A DNA stretch of 14,887 nucleotides, taken from the NCBI GenBank assembly GCA_046735395.1, contig JBJKQR010000077.1:1-14887 (forward strand), given 5' to 3'. Of this stretch, positions 7,016 to 14,887 are shown piece after piece (position 1 is the stretch's first letter; each line of letters starts with the position of its first letter). Under the pieces are notes generated by a model. That model made no database searches and was not told the origin of the DNA. It saw nothing but the letters and a program-made list of their open reading frames with translations. The stretch comes from Fidelibacterota bacterium (GTDB taxonomy: Bacteria; Fidelibacterota; Fidelibacteria; Fidelibacterales; DSDE01). The translations under genes were made by a program, and so were the position numbers.

Positions 7016-8869
7016 ATGAGTGTGATGCAAGGAAAATGGAAAGGATTACGACTAATACCGGCACTTGGGGCTGTGATCATGAGCCTGGCGGCTACGTTGC
7101 CCGGAGAAGGCCGTTTTGCGGTGCTGACCGATCTGCATGTGGGAACCTCCACGGGCAGCCGGGATCTGGATTCCTGTGTGCAGGATATCAATTCCCTGTC
7201 GCCTGTGCCGGATTTTGTTCTGGTGACCGGTGATCTGACGGAATATGATATGGGAAATCTTCTGGACTCGGCACGGCTGATTCTGGGACGTCTCAGAGTG
7301 CCGTGGTATGCCATTCCCGGAAATCATGAGCTGAAATGGAGCGGGTCTGCCGGCGAAAAATTTGTTAAACTTTTCGGCAGTGACCGTTTTTCCTTTGCCG
7401 CTGATTCCTATCGTTTCCTGGGTTTTCATCAGGGTCCCATTCTGAGGATGGGCGAAGGCTTCGTGTCACCGGAAGATATTACCTGGCTGAAAGGGGAGCT
7501 GGATAAAGCCCAAGCAGCCGGTGAGCCCGTCATCCTCGTCATGCATTATCCGCTGGATGAGACCATCACGGATATCGGTCAGGTTCTGGACAGTCTGGAC
7601 GGCCACCCGATCGTAGCCACCATTCACGGCCATGGCCACCACAACCGCCTGTCAGATTATTTCGGCATCCCGGGCGTGATGGTTCGTTCTTCCCTCTCCC
7701 GTCCACATCGGGCCGGTTATAATGTGGTCACCATCAGGGACAATGACAGCCTGTATTTCGCGGAAAAAAATCCCGGAACTCCGCTCAAGGATCCCTGGTG
7801 CGCCATCAGCGCCAATGCAAAGGTATTTCATAAACCGGACAGTCTGACCGGCCTCGTGGGCGGATCCATTATGTCCGATCCGCTCTGGCGTATTCAGACC
7901 GGTGAGCTGATCACGGCAGAAGCGGTTGTAGACGGCAACGCACTCATCGTTGTCACTGCCGCAGGAAAAATTCTGCGACTTGATCCGCAAAGCGGAAAAA
8001 TACTCTGGGAACAACGGGGAGCCGGTGTGAACGGCGCACCCGCAGTAAGCGGCAAATATGTGGTTGTCGGCCGCGTCGATTCCACGATTCAATGCCTATC
8101 GCTGACGGACGGACACACGCTTTGGAGCAGCAAAACCGGCAATGCGGTAGTTGCGTCTCCCCGTATCACCAGGGGACGTGTATTCTGCGGAAGCAGCGAC
8201 GGCGGCTTTTACTGTTTGAAACTGCGCAGCGGCAAGGTCATCTGGCGGGCCGATGTCTCCGCATCCTATGTGGAATCTGCGCCACTGCTTACACGCAACA
8301 AAGTGATCTTCACGGCCTGGGACCAGACCATGAAGGCACTGGATATGAGAAGCGGGAAATTATTGTGGACCTGGCGTGATGGCCGGCACGGAATGCTCTA
8401 CTCCCCTGCCGCCTGTACGCCGCTTGCCCATGATACGGTAGTCTATATCGTAGCTCCGGACCGTTTTCTGTCAGCGGTCAGCCTGAACAGCGGAAAGACG
8501 CTGTGGCGAAGCCGCCGCTATACAGTCAGAGAAAATCTCGGTATCGCAGCAGACGGGTCGGCCCTGTTTGCCCGCACCATGATGGATACGGTCATCGCTA
8601 TCCAACCGGATCCGAAGGGACTCAAACTCAAATGGGCAACGTCGGGCGGCTATCATTACGATATCAATCCCTCCCCTTCACTCTCTGTAAATGGCAGGGT
8701 CTATTCGGGAACCCAGTATGGGCATCTGCTGGTCTTCGATGAAGAGAGCGGTAAAAAACTGGCGGACGAACGGATTTCAAAAAATATCATTTTCACGCCG
8801 GCAGTCTGGAATGACAGATTGATCATTACCGCCCAGGACGGCAGCGTAACGGCTGTGAAACTGAAATAA
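7016..8869 (+). CDS. Secreted calcineurin-like metallophosphoesterase fused to PQQ-like (BamB-type) beta-propeller repeats
   Basis: 617 aa with a signal-like N-terminus and metal motifs DLH, GDLTE, GNHE, HYP and GHGH. The C-terminal half has repeated D..SGK.LW Trp-docking blades. The start may be ATG at 7025. Confidence 0.92.
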   Translation: MSVMQGKWKGLRLIPALGAVIMSLAATLPGEGRFAVLTDLHVGTSTGSRDLDSCVQDINSLSPVPDFVLVTGDLTEYDMGNLLDSARLILGRLRVPWYAIPGNHELKWSGSAGEKFVKLFGSDRFSFAADSYRFLGFHQGPILRMGEGFVSPEDITWLKGELDKAQAAGEPVILVMHYPLDETITDIGQVLDSLDGHPIVATIHGHGHHNRLSDYFGIPGVMVRSSLSRPHRAGYNVVTIRDNDSLYFAEKNPGTPLKDPWCAISANAKVFHKPDSLTGLVGGSIMSDPLWRIQTGELITAEAVVDGNALIVVTAAGKILRLDPQSGKILWEQRGAGVNGAPAVSGKYVVVGRVDSTIQCLSLTDGHTLWSSKTGNAVVASPRITRGRVFCGSSDGGFYCLKLRSGKVIWRADVSASYVESAPLLTRNKVIFTAWDQTMKALDMRSGKLLWTWRDGRHGMLYSPAACTPLAHDTVVYIVAPDRFLSAVSLNSGKTLWRSRRYTVRENLGIAADGSALFARTMMDTVIAIQPDPKGLKLKWATSGGYHYDINPSPSLSVNGRVYSGTQYGHLLVFDEESGKKLADERISKNIIFTPAVWNDRLIITAQDGSVTAVKLK

Positions 8870-8896
8870 TATTTCCAGACAAATCCCGGGATAGCA

Positions 8897-8922
8897 AAAC
8901 GGCGCAGTTTCCTGCGCCGTTT
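8897..8922. terminator. Probable bidirectional intrinsic terminator
   Basis: Perfect 11-bp stem AAACGGCGCAG / CTGCGCCGTTT with a 4-nt loop (TTTC), between convergent stops at 8869 and 8950. Confidence 0.85.
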
Positions 8923-8949
8923 GTGTATGTAAGGAGAATTTCCTGAAGA

Positions 8950-11289
8950 TCAGTTTCTGAGTGGTTTACCGGTCTTCAGCATATGTTTGATACGCTGATA
9001 AGTGGCTTCGGTCCCGGCCAGCGTGATGAAGGCTTCCCGTTCAATATCAAGCAGATACTGTTCAGAAACAGTCCGGGTCACGCCGCCCCGGTCACCTCCG
9101 GTGAGCACATAGGCGATTTTACGCCCGATGAAGGCATCATGTTCGGAGATCATGCCCCTGCGGACAAAGTCAGCGATGGCCGAATCAAGCACCAGATATC
9201 CGTCATTTCCGGGAAGGACAAATTCCGCCGCTTCGGGCGGCCGGTAATTTTCGGACAGTTCCAGCACGGTCTGTTTCGCGGTCTGCAGCTGATGATCACG
9301 GTTGATGACAATAATATCATCCGAGGAGAAATACCCGAGTGCCCGGGCTTCCGCCGCAGACGTGGACACTTTGGCAAATCCGATGGTCTCGAAGCATTTC
9401 TGCACGGGCGGGAAAGGACCGGAACGCAGGGGTTCCAGCTTCTTCATCCAGTGGGACAGGAGACGCAGATTTCCTCCGCCTCCGGGAAGAAGCCCCACGC
9501 CCGCTTCCACAAGCCCGCAATAGGTTTCGGCGTGTGCTACGATGCGATCCACCGCTCCGGCAATCTCGTACCCGCCTCCCAGCGTAAACCCGAAGGGTGC
9601 GGCCACTACCGGGAAGGGCGCATATCGAAGTTTCTGCATCACGTCCTGCATGTATTCGGTGATGGACTCCAGATCCTTCCAGCGTTTTTCCTCGATGATG
9701 AACTGGATCTGGGCCAGATTTGCGCCGGCACTGAAGTGCAGCCCGTCATGTCCGATCAGAACGCCTTTATAGCCGCCGCGGAGCGTCAGGTCCACCACAT
9801 CATGAAGCGTATCCAGGACGGTTCCGTCAATGGGATTGAGTGTGGGCTGAAGCGCGGAGTGAAATTCCACACCCAGTACCCCGTCGCCCAGATCGACAAT
9901 ATCGGCAGACCAGTTTCGCTTCAGCGAAGGTTTGAGTGCCCGTGCATCCGCCATGCGCAGCACATTCGGGCCCAGCTCGACCGGCTGCATCCTGCCGCTG
10001 CGGATATCATAATAACTGAGTTTGCCGCCGATGCGTTCATAAAAGCGGCTGAAGCCGTTCTTCACCATGGTCAGAACCCAGTCCGGAACAGCGCGGCTTT
10101 CCTGCTGCATCCGTTTCAGGGATTTTTCCAGGCCGATGGCATCCCAGCATTCGAAGGGTCCCAGTTCCCAGCCGAAGCCCCATTTCATGGCATTGTCAAT
10201 GTTGACGATATCATCGGCGATTTCCGGGATGCGATGGGCCGCGTACAGCAAGGTGGACGCGAGTGTATCCCAGGTGAAGGCGCCGGCCTTGTCATCATGC
10301 CAGGCCAGGACATTGAGCTTTTCAGCGGTGCTGCCCCGGCTTTTAGCTGCCCGGTAACTGTCGAAACGGACAGGACGCGGGGCCGTATAGGCCATGGTTG
10401 AAAAATCAAGGGACTGAATGATTTTTCCTTCCTTCCGGTAGAAGCCGGCTTTCGATTTCTGCCCCAGATTCCCCATTTCGATCAGCTTATCGATAATGGG
10501 CTGGTCGTGAAAGAGCTGGCGCTGTTCATCCTTTTCACAGCGTTCATAGGTATTAGCGGCCACATGGCGCAGCGTATCCAGCCCGACCAGATCCGCCGTC
10601 CTGTAGGTTGCGCTTTTGGGATGGCCGATGATGGGTCCGGTCAGCTTATCCACTTCCTCCACGGTCAGACTCATTCGTGACGCGGCTTCGAGCGTTTTGA
10701 GCATACCGAAGACGCCGATGCGGTTGGCCACGAAATTCGGCGTATCCTTGGCATGAACGATGCCCTTGCCGAGGATTTCATCTCCATAATGTTCGACAGT
10801 CTGGAGTACCCGCAGGTCAATGTCTTCCGGATAAATGAGTTCGAGAAGCCGGAGATAGCGCGGCGGATTGAAAAAATGGGTGATGAGCGTGCGTTGACGA
10901 AAACGGTCCTCCATGACCTCCATGATTTCGGAAAGCTGCAGGCCCGACGTATTGGATGACAGGATGCAGCTGTCCTTCAGAAAGGGCTGAACCTTGCGAA
11001 AGACGTCATGCTTGATATCCAGTCTCTCGGCCACCACTTCGATGAGCCAGTCCACATCCCGCAGAAGTTCCAGTCCCTTCTCATAATCAGATGTCACGAT
11101 GAGGCTGCTTTTCTTCGGATTGTAAAACGGCGCTGGTTTGGTTTTCAAGGCGGTTTCAACGCCCCGTGCCGACATCTCTTCACTGAGATCCAGCAGAACG
11201 GAGGGAATACCCACATTGGCGAAATGTGCGGCAATCTGCGCTCCCATAATCCCGGAGCCCAGGATTCCGACTTTTTTAATTTCTTCCAT
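8950..11289 (-). CDS. fadN: 3-hydroxyacyl-CoA dehydrogenase / enoyl-CoA hydratase (FadN-type, HAD domain first)
   Basis: 779 aa with GILGSGIMGAQIA Rossmann motif, SSNTSG, HFFNPPRY and KDTPNFVANRIG. The C-terminal crotonase has FSAGANL, LGGGYE and GLVEAGVGLLPGGGG. Confidence 0.93.
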   Translation of the reverse strand: MEEIKKVGILGSGIMGAQIAAHFANVGIPSVLLDLSEEMSARGVETALKTKPAPFYNPKKSSLIVTSDYEKGLELLRDVDWLIEVVAERLDIKHDVFRKVQPFLKDSCILSSNTSGLQLSEIMEVMEDRFRQRTLITHFFNPPRYLRLLELIYPEDIDLRVLQTVEHYGDEILGKGIVHAKDTPNFVANRIGVFGMLKTLEAASRMSLTVEEVDKLTGPIIGHPKSATYRTADLVGLDTLRHVAANTYERCEKDEQRQLFHDQPIIDKLIEMGNLGQKSKAGFYRKEGKIIQSLDFSTMAYTAPRPVRFDSYRAAKSRGSTAEKLNVLAWHDDKAGAFTWDTLASTLLYAAHRIPEIADDIVNIDNAMKWGFGWELGPFECWDAIGLEKSLKRMQQESRAVPDWVLTMVKNGFSRFYERIGGKLSYYDIRSGRMQPVELGPNVLRMADARALKPSLKRNWSADIVDLGDGVLGVEFHSALQPTLNPIDGTVLDTLHDVVDLTLRGGYKGVLIGHDGLHFSAGANLAQIQFIIEEKRWKDLESITEYMQDVMQKLRYAPFPVVAAPFGFTLGGGYEIAGAVDRIVAHAETYCGLVEAGVGLLPGGGGNLRLLSHWMKKLEPLRSGPFPPVQKCFETIGFAKVSTSAAEARALGYFSSDDIIVINRDHQLQTAKQTVLELSENYRPPEAAEFVLPGNDGYLVLDSAIADFVRRGMISEHDAFIGRKIAYVLTGGDRGGVTRTVSEQYLLDIEREAFITLAGTEATYQRIKHMLKTGKPLRN

Positions 11290-11301
11290 AATCCGCCCCC
11301 T

Positions 11302-12432
11302 TTACACGCTTTCAATGAGGGTGGAAATTCCCTGGCCGGTTCCGATGCACATGGTAGCCAGGCCACGGTGCGCCTTCGTCTGTTCCATGACATTCAGAAG
11401 CGTTGCAATGATTCTTGCTCCGCTGCAGCCCAGGGGATGCCCGAGGGCAATGGCGCCGCCGTTCAGGTTAATCTTGTCCGCAGGCCAGTTCCCCTTTCGG
11501 ATCACATAGAGGCTCTGCGCGGCAAAGGCTTCATTCAGTTCGATGACATCAATGTCATCCCAGCCGAGGCCTTTTTTATTCATGAGTTTTTCCGTGCTGA
11601 CCAGAGGCCCCTTACCCATGAGTTCCCATTCCACACCGGCGATGCTGCGGCCGGTGATGACAGCCCGTGCCTTGAGCTTATGTTCCTTCAGAAAGGTCTC
11701 GCTGGCCACGATGACGGCTGCGGCTCCGATACTGATGGGAGATGAGGTGGCTGCTGTAATGGTTCCGGATACGTCAAATGCCGGTTTGAGGGTCTTCATC
11801 TTTTCCAGGTCAGGTGTCCGCGGGCCTTCGTCCCGCACGACTTTGGCGCCATTATATTCGATTGGAACAATTTCATTGTCAAAGCGGCCTTCTGCGGCGG
11901 CTTTCAGAGCTTTTTCGTGACTGGCCACCGAAAAGGCTTCCTGGTCTTCCCGGCTGATTTTCAGTTCATTGGCCAGATTTTCGGCCGTCTCACCCATGCC
12001 GATGTAATAATTTTTCATGGCAAGTTTGGGATGAAAGGACGGATTGTAGCCCCCCATGGGAACGCCGAACATATCCTCGACACCGATGGCGATGCCCACG
12101 TCGATATCACCGGATTCGATGGCCGTGGACAGCTGATGCACGGCATCCATGGAAGATCCGCAGAAGCGGTTCACCACCTTGGCACCGGCGGTGACGGGAA
12201 GCCCGGCCAGAATCGATACGCCCCGGGCCATGAGCATACCCTGCGTGGCTTCGGGAAAGGCATTTCCCAGAACCACATCCTCCACTGCATCCACGGGAAA
12301 GTCAGGATTCCGTTTTAAAAGCTGACGGACGGTCTGGGCCGCCAGTTCGTCAGGACGGATTCCGATGAGCTTGCCGTTCTTCACGCCGATGGGGCTGCGT
12401 ACGGCATCAATTATATATGATTTCACAGACAT
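11302..12432 (-). CDS. fadA: Acetyl-CoA C-acyltransferase (thiolase)
   Basis: 376 aa with NRFCGSS (catalytic Cys), NEAFA, GHPLGCSG and MCIGTGQG. AAGGAG RBS. Confidence 0.95.
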   Translation of the reverse strand: MSVKSYIIDAVRSPIGVKNGKLIGIRPDELAAQTVRQLLKRNPDFPVDAVEDVVLGNAFPEATQGMLMARGVSILAGLPVTAGAKVVNRFCGSSMDAVHQLSTAIESGDIDVGIAIGVEDMFGVPMGGYNPSFHPKLAMKNYYIGMGETAENLANELKISREDQEAFSVASHEKALKAAAEGRFDNEIVPIEYNGAKVVRDEGPRTPDLEKMKTLKPAFDVSGTITAATSSPISIGAAAVIVASETFLKEHKLKARAVITGRSIAGVEWELMGKGPLVSTEKLMNKKGLGWDDIDVIELNEAFAAQSLYVIRKGNWPADKINLNGGAIALGHPLGCSGARIIATLLNVMEQTKAHRGLATMCIGTGQGISTLIESV

Positions 12433-12445
12433 AGTGTAACTCCTT

Positions 12446-14209
12446 TTAATAATCGTATTTTTCCTTGACGATGATATCCTCTGCCACAGCGCGCTTCAGA
12501 GAAAACAGATCACGGGGAATGACCATTTTCCGGATATATTTTTCCACAAGCGCGAGGGTGCTCTCGAGGGCTTCACCGTAGAGGAGATTGGTAATTCCTT
12601 TCATGGCAAGCGTACTCAGGGTGTACATGCTTTCGCTGGTGAGAATGCGGGCAATCTGCATGACCACAGGATTGATCGCGCCCTTCTCACGGACCTGGGA
12701 GACCCGGGCCAGTGTACTGTCCACGAGATAGATATGGATGAACATATCAGCGAGTATCTCCATGAGCTGATGCTCCGTGCGCATGGCCTGGCCGAATTTA
12801 TTGATAGCCTCGTGCAGTACCAGAATAGTCAGGTATTTGCTGAGTACCAGCGAACGCTTCTCTGGCCTGAGCGGATCATTGTAATACCAGTTATCCACTT
12901 CATCCAGGATGGACGGGATCTGTTTGACCGCCTCCCGCACCGGGAGCTCCTCCATGATGGCTTTTTTCAGAAAATAACCGGTGATAATCTGCCGGTTAAT
13001 TTCGTTCGTCCCTTCGTAAATACGATCAATGCGGGTATTCCGGACAAAGGGAGCAAAGGGATATTCCTCCATGAAACCGTAACCGCCGTGAATCTGAAGT
13101 CCCTGGTCGGCGATTCGGCCCAGCATTTCAGAACCGAAGATTTTTATGATGGAATCCTCGATGGCATACTTTTCCAGTGCCCGTCCCGTTTTCTTTCCGT
13201 ATTCGGTGTCGTCCCTGGCAATTTTCGCTGTTTCCTCCTCCGTATCAAATACGGTGCGGTAAACCATGGAGTCCAGGCCATACACGGAGACCACCATATC
13301 GGCGATCTTGGCCTTGATGGCATCGAAATGGGCAATGGGTTCACCGAACTGCCGCCGTTCCTTGGCATAGAGCAGAGCTTCACGAACCGCCTCCTTGGCG
13401 CCTCCCAGCGTGGCCGCACCCATTTTGAAGCGTCCCACATTGAGCACACCGAAGGCAATTTCGTGGCCCTTGCCGATATCGCCGAGAACATTCTCCACGG
13501 GAACCCGCACATTCTCGAGAATGACCATCGTAGTCGACGACCCCTTGATCCCCATTTTCTTTTCCTCGGGTCCGATGGAGAGGCCTTCCGAATCCCGCGG
13601 TACCATGAAGGCCGTGAACTTTTCACCGTCAATCTTGGCAAAGACGGTGTAGATCTGTGCCCAGGCACCATTGGTAATAAACTGCTTACTGCCGTTCAGG
13701 ATGTAATGGGTCCCGTCCTCACTTAAAACAGCTGTTGTCTTCACGGAAAGCGCATCGGAGCCTGAGCTGGGTTCAGTCAGAGCATAGGCCCCCATCCACT
13801 CACCGCTGGACAATTTTTTCAGGTACTTCTGTTTCAAATGTTCCGATCCCCACCACACAAGAGGCAGAGTTCCGATGCCCACATGGGCCAGAAAGGTTGT
13901 GATGAAGGATGTGGTTCCGCTGCCGATTTCTTCGGCGACAATGGCCGAAACAACTTTTCCCAGATCCATTCCTTCATACTCCTCGGGTGTTTCGATACCG
14001 AGAAGTCCAAGTTCCGCACACTCATTGAAGAGCTGTCGGGACAGGTCAGGGTCGTAGAGATCTACGGCTTCCCGCGTCGGACGCAGCCGTTCAGAGGAAA
14101 ATTCACGCACCATCTGCGCAATATCCAGCTGATCTTCACTGAAATCCTCCCGCGTGAAAATCCGCTCCCGCCCTACCGGCTGAATGAGAAAATTTCCACC
14201 AGTTTTCAT
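12446..14209 (-). CDS. fadE: Acyl-CoA dehydrogenase, long form with C-terminal extension
   Basis: 587 aa with YALTEPSSGSDA, LNGSKQFITNG, KMGIKGSST, QIHGGYGF and RIYEGTNEI (catalytic Glu). AAGGAG RBS. Confidence 0.95.
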   Translation of the reverse strand: MKTGGNFLIQPVGRERIFTREDFSEDQLDIAQMVREFSSERLRPTREAVDLYDPDLSRQLFNECAELGLLGIETPEEYEGMDLGKVVSAIVAEEIGSGTTSFITTFLAHVGIGTLPLVWWGSEHLKQKYLKKLSSGEWMGAYALTEPSSGSDALSVKTTAVLSEDGTHYILNGSKQFITNGAWAQIYTVFAKIDGEKFTAFMVPRDSEGLSIGPEEKKMGIKGSSTTMVILENVRVPVENVLGDIGKGHEIAFGVLNVGRFKMGAATLGGAKEAVREALLYAKERRQFGEPIAHFDAIKAKIADMVVSVYGLDSMVYRTVFDTEEETAKIARDDTEYGKKTGRALEKYAIEDSIIKIFGSEMLGRIADQGLQIHGGYGFMEEYPFAPFVRNTRIDRIYEGTNEINRQIITGYFLKKAIMEELPVREAVKQIPSILDEVDNWYYNDPLRPEKRSLVLSKYLTILVLHEAINKFGQAMRTEHQLMEILADMFIHIYLVDSTLARVSQVREKGAINPVVMQIARILTSESMYTLSTLAMKGITNLLYGEALESTLALVEKYIRKMVIPRDLFSLKRAVAEDIIVKEKYDY

Positions 14210-14253
14210 AGTTCTCCTTTTCTAAGTTACCCATAAGTCAGGTTATCTCTCTG

Positions 14254-14282
14254 AATTTCAGGCATCCGGAGGGATTTTGCAA
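14254..14282 (-). promoter_or_regulatory. Possible promoter of the fad operon
   Basis: TTGCAA (14282-14277), 17 bp, GAAATT (14259-14254). The -10 box is imperfect. Confidence 0.35.
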
Positions 14283-14430
14283 CAGAAAAAGGCGAGCCCG
14301 TCCACAGACTCTGCTTCAATTGCAGAATTTAATCGGCAGGTGGAGGTCTTCAATGATCAGCGGTTATGCATTTGTGCCCCAAGTCGCAATAAGGGCCTTT
14401 ATGAATGGCTTAAATAAACACAAAAATAAT

Positions 14431-14577
14431 AGAATTTTCCACGAATGACACGGAAGTACACGAATGAAGAATTAATCCACGAATTTCACGAATTGACACG
14501 AATGAAGAATTATTCCACGAATTTCACGGATTGACACAAAGAATTCTTCACGAAGAACACAAAACAACACGAAAAAA
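14431..14577 (+). repeat. Four tandem 34-38 bp units, each AGAATT..CACGAA..CACGAA..CACGAA-like
   Basis: Units start at 14431, 14468, 14506 and 14540, e.g. AGAATTAATCCACGAATTTCACGAATTGACACGAATGA. Confidence 0.92.
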
Positions 14578-14627
14578 CGGAACAGCACCGTTAAACATCA
14601 GTCTACTCCCGGATCCTCGTTTCTTCC
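14539..14627 (+). repeat. Long imperfect direct repeat, copy 1 (about 89 bp)
   Basis: AAGAATT...CACGAAAAAACGGAACAGCACCGTTAAACATCAGTCTACTCCCGGATCCTCGTTTCTTCC aligns to 14797-14886. Confidence 0.95.
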
Positions 14628-14629
14628 CG

Positions 14630-14669
14630 GTCTACCTGTCAACTCGTCTACCCGTCAACTCGTCTACCC
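14630..14669 (+). repeat. 5 x 8-bp tandem repeat with alternating GTCTAC/GTCAAC cores
   Basis: GTCTACCT GTCAACTC GTCTACCC GTCAACTC GTCTACCC. Confidence 0.92.
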
Positions 14670-14701
14670 AACCACGAATCTGGTCTCGTTTCTACCTAAT
14701 G

Positions 14702-14731
14702 CTTAACCTTAACCTTGACCTCAGGCTCAGC
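14702..14731 (+). repeat. 5 x 6-bp degenerate tandem repeat
   Basis: CTTAAC CTTAAC CTTGAC CTCAGG CTCAGC. Confidence 0.8.
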
Positions 14732-14763
14732 CACCAGCCAACACGCACATCCGCCAACAATAA

Positions 14764-14836
14764 TGAATCCACGGATTACACGAATGGACACGAATGAAGA
14801 ATTTTCCACGAATGACACAAAACAAACACGAAAAAA
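14764..14836 (+). repeat. Two more CACGAA-triplet units
   Basis: TGAATCCACGGATTACACGAATGGACACGAATGA, then AGAATTTTCCACGAATGACACAAAACAAACACGAAAAAA starting at 14798. Confidence 0.9.
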
Positions 14837-14886
14837 CGGAACACTACCGCTAAACATCAGTCCACTCCCGGATTTTCGTTTCTTCC
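14797..14886 (+). repeat. Long imperfect direct repeat, copy 2 (reaches the window edge)
   Basis: CACGAAAAAACGGAACACTACCGCTAAACATCAGTCCACTCCCGGATTTTCGTTTCTTCC, offset 259 bp from copy 1 (CAC at 14568 vs 14827). Confidence 0.95.
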
Positions 14887-14887
14887 T

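Noticed and set aside
8983..13726. Long plus-strand ORFs (472, 245 and 330 aa) opposite the fad genes
   Set aside because: Antisense shadow frames caused by codon bias, with no domain signatures.
14702..14719. Telomere-like repeat
   Set aside because: Only 2-3 near-exact units, internal to a bacterial intergenic region, so the resemblance is superficial.
14531..14797. 88-aa plus-strand ORF
   Set aside because: TTG start, no RBS, and the translation mirrors the DNA repeats (LNLNLDL, STRLPVNSST).
14431..14887. CRISPR array
   Set aside because: The 34-38 bp units are directly adjacent and degenerate with no unique, equal-length spacers. They are not palindromic, and no cas genes are in the window.

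Overview
Bacterial chromosomal window, mostly minus-strand. From left to right: the left end and first 31 codons of a probable IS5-family element, which appears to have inserted just after the start codon of a host gene whose promoter and RBS remain. Next is a tightly packed minus-strand unit, transcribed as K+ channel (TVGYG, RCK), stand-alone cyclic-nucleotide-binding protein, valS and a secreted DUF4139-like protein. It is followed by an AT-rich, translationally coupled pair (DUF5674-like plus a small helical protein) and a plus-strand secreted metallophosphoesterase/PQQ-like beta-propeller fusion. A bidirectional terminator separates that gene from a beta-oxidation operon (acyl-CoA dehydrogenase, thiolase, FadN-type HAD/ECH). 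The right edge holds a non-coding hierarchical repeat array: CACGAA triplet units, an 8-bp tract, a 6-bp tract and a 259-bp-period long direct repeat that runs off the window. The repeat array, the DUF5674 pair and the channel/CNBD pair are the least explained elements. Family assignments come from motif recognition only; no searches were run.
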